Source of the DNA: a virus
Reading direction: 5' to 3' (one strand)
Virus record (IMG/VR): IMGVR_UViG_3300027821_000007
Location: 27,504 to 91,503 of that record
Length of the DNA: 64,000 nt
A model generated the notes under the pieces. That model worked only from the letters and a program-made list of their open reading frames with translations, searched no databases and was not told the DNA's origin. The stretch's first letter is position 1; every line of letters begins with the position of its first letter. Position numbers and translations under genes: made by a program. Of this stretch, positions 63,001 to 64,000 are shown in pieces.

Positions 63001-63664
63001 CGCGGCGCTGCTGGGCGCGGAGATCATCCAGTACCAGACCGTGACCCTCAACAACGACGGTTCGTACACGCTGTCCGAATTGCTGCGCGGCCGCCGCGGC
63101 ACCGAGTGGGCCACCAACACCCACACCGCCGGCGAACGCTTCATCATGCTGCAGGCCGGCAAGATCGGCGGCAACACACTGTCGCTGGCGGAAATCAACG
63201 TCCAGGAGTTGTGGAAGCTGGTGCCCAGCGGCCGCTTCCTCGACCAGGCCCCGATCAGCGCCTTCACCTATCGCGGTTTCGACCTGATGCCTTACGCCCC
63301 GGTCTGGATGCGCCGCGGCGCCGTCGACGGGACCGGGCTGAATATCTACTGGACCCGGCGCACCCGGATGGGCAGCCCGCTGATCGACGGCACCGACACC
63401 GCGCCGTTGTTCGAAGCCGCCGAGCTCTACAACGCCTACATCCTGCCCGGCCCGGGCGCGATCCTGGTGTTCAACCCGGCCAATCCGCTGTCATACACGC
63501 GGTCCTACATGGGCCTGACCGCGGCGACCTTCGTCTACACGTCGGGGCAGATGACCACCGACAGCTTCTACCAGGCGACGTCGACGCTCTACCTCGCGGT
63601 CTACCAGGTCTCATCCGTGGTCGGGATGGGCTTCCAGGGCTACGCCGAACTGCCTGCTTACTGA
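60065..63664 (+). CDS. tail tip/host-specificity protein (GTA megatron / gpJ-like)
   Basis: SSYGKPIPIVWGTMR..NMIW, PAYRGLAY, FGNRMP, EIIQY...L..LLRGRRGTE, WTRRTR. Confidence 0.9.
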   Translation: MGSQMGAQVGTSALSMAGGYIGGMVGGPFGSMIGSLAGGIIGSLIFGRAKAKPLVPDVQIMNSSYGKPIPIVWGTMRLPVNMIWQGPISTHEHTVGKAFGTIAYNYNQSVALAVCEGPVTFKKLYLDGKLFMDWTALFPEDQCKYRFTIRTYPGDEAQLPDPKMVKWVQENVIPGASCPAYRGLAYMLYDEADMSHFGNRMPQSTVIVSTTAESYTAWKILARHTTKWWSNYRTAVDWDRGMVFCLYYPRSVYDNLFSYVNWGVITYSIYTMSEVLSADYDRIFFEGGLLPTALGPQFEADWIAGGPSGMVYVAGHNGVHSALITIQPGPMTFSGAYTLMVPRTAPDRYYTCNGIAVYGQGNSTAGVSDMIVGVLSGPGVFLIDPLGMLISNPYPVEYPNGYHEFQLGNDDQISGTRQLWILNGYGGSVDPLYRVLLYTDIIAGQDPSVQGSSGNFKLTGTINLADWGEPLITSVSMSWRTFYYATDDSIIIDAGGQNYIKWSSLTGVGWTGRGAGLGWTNRYADTTLGYIPLTGGGLFQIFFDGDHLFIDIDMATGRVTESPVRTEEAYNNIHWANSAAGVNSNSYGNYVAYVASNVGGFAAAGAGELVVAYMFRVDDRNAVPVATIIRDICHRVGMTDEMLDLNLVTQTTRGYCIQELKSAGAAIADLCHVYQIDMIESDYTLKFIPRGQPSMVTIPQRDLVSLDENDPSQFWRVKEAQQQELPMILSLRFQDVDLDFQTGATYAKRTEAPVPTVWSKRRMTIDLPIITNNLEATQIATKWLWTMWAERDTVQTVLPWKYLWLDPADNVTVNMDSGDIYEVRIEEQHIGADLSIHINAAFEDNTTYELPSTIKGATYGSLPQTVAQAPFADFLQFNVPLLQDSDDTGGVSTRIYYAVGSTAGSWITGEIFRSTDNSATWNDYINIPFSVNWATTLDALGDTAAKFSTDYLNTVTIILNGSSTFPLSCTYDQMLQGTNAALLGAEIIQYQTVTLNNDGSYTLSELLRGRRGTEWATNTHTAGERFIMLQAGKIGGNTLSLAEINVQELWKLVPSGRFLDQAPISAFTYRGFDLMPYAPVWMRRGAVDGTGLNIYWTRRTRMGSPLIDGTDTAPLFEAAELYNAYILPGPGAILVFNPANPLSYTRSYMGLTAATFVYTSGQMTTDSFYQATSTLYLAVYQVSSVVGMGFQGYAELPAY

Positions 63665-63674
63665 GGAACACGCC

Positions 63675-63752
63675 ATGCCCGTTTCGCCCATTCTCGAGAT
63701 CAACCAGGTCGCCCCGACTCAGATTGATAAGGTCCCCGCGATCAACGACGCG
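63675..63752 (+). pseudogene. truncated start of a DUF2793-like tail fibre gene
   Basis: SD GAGGA; MPVSPILEINQVAPTQIDKVPAINDA, then the sequence changes character. Confidence 0.5.
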
Positions 63753-63782
63753 GGCCAGGTGGCGTTCACGGCGAATCTGCGC

Positions 63783-64000
63783 GGCACGCCCGGCGGGATC
63801 GCCATCCGGAGCATCATCGTGAACGGCGCCATCGTCGGAAACAGCGACATGCCGACGGCCAGGCCGGAGTCGGGTGCGCGCATCGCGACAAACGATCCGA
63901 GATACCCGAGCAACATCAGCATCATCGCGGGCTGGAGGAGGCTCTGCGCGTCGCTGATGCTGGCGCACGCCGAGCCGAGGGCCAGGAAGATCGCGCCGAA
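63783..64000 (-). CDS. fragment of a bacterial ABC-2 type transporter permease
   Basis: FGAIFLALGSAC.SISDAQ.L..PAMML...PDSGLAVGMSLFPTMAPFTMMLRMAIPPGVP; runs off the window edge and breaks off at ~63783. Confidence 0.7.

Noticed and set aside
57610-63664. Gene transfer agent cluster
   Set aside because: Only the tail tip is GTA-like; the head genes, module size and long tape measure indicate a genuine phage.
1-64000. tRNA, rRNA, integrase or lysis cassette
   Set aside because: None recognisable by eye; tRNAscan and HMM searches would be needed to exclude them.

Overview
Nearly the whole window is the late (virion) region of a GC-rich tailed phage or prophage, almost all on the + strand. The GTA-like tail tip and siphovirus layout suggest an alphaproteobacterial host (inference). 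Gene order: small accessory genes and two PEP-CTERM surface proteins behind a sigma54-type promoter; terminase large subunit; a ~17 kb block with a methyltransferase, a GT9 glycosyltransferase, a cupin, a 3127-aa repeat adhesin and HNH genes; portal; a greatly expanded head module (1129-aa, MuF 740-aa, 501-aa, protease-headed 1570-aa, 1649-aa and scaffold proteins); major capsid; neck; tail tube; chaperone with a -1 frameshift; tape measure with an Rpf-like lysozyme domain; and the DUF2460/DUF2163/NlpC-P60/tail-tip cluster. The last ~250 bp look like an assembly chimera. The most striking signal is in the head module. The prohead protease is fused to about a dozen cassettes separated by recurring Lys-terminated spacers (K-x4-G-x-[LM]-x-K, including KQERRG[DN]L[DE]K three times). 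The same [LMV]-x-K sites and two shared short tags (HPR..G.F and LSxAExxQRxxAA) recur in neighbouring head proteins. This suggests a prohormone-like polyprotein system that loads the capsid with glycine-zipper or antimicrobial-peptide-like peptides and small domains (JAB-like, DUF6496-like). All family assignments are by motif recognition only; no database search was run.
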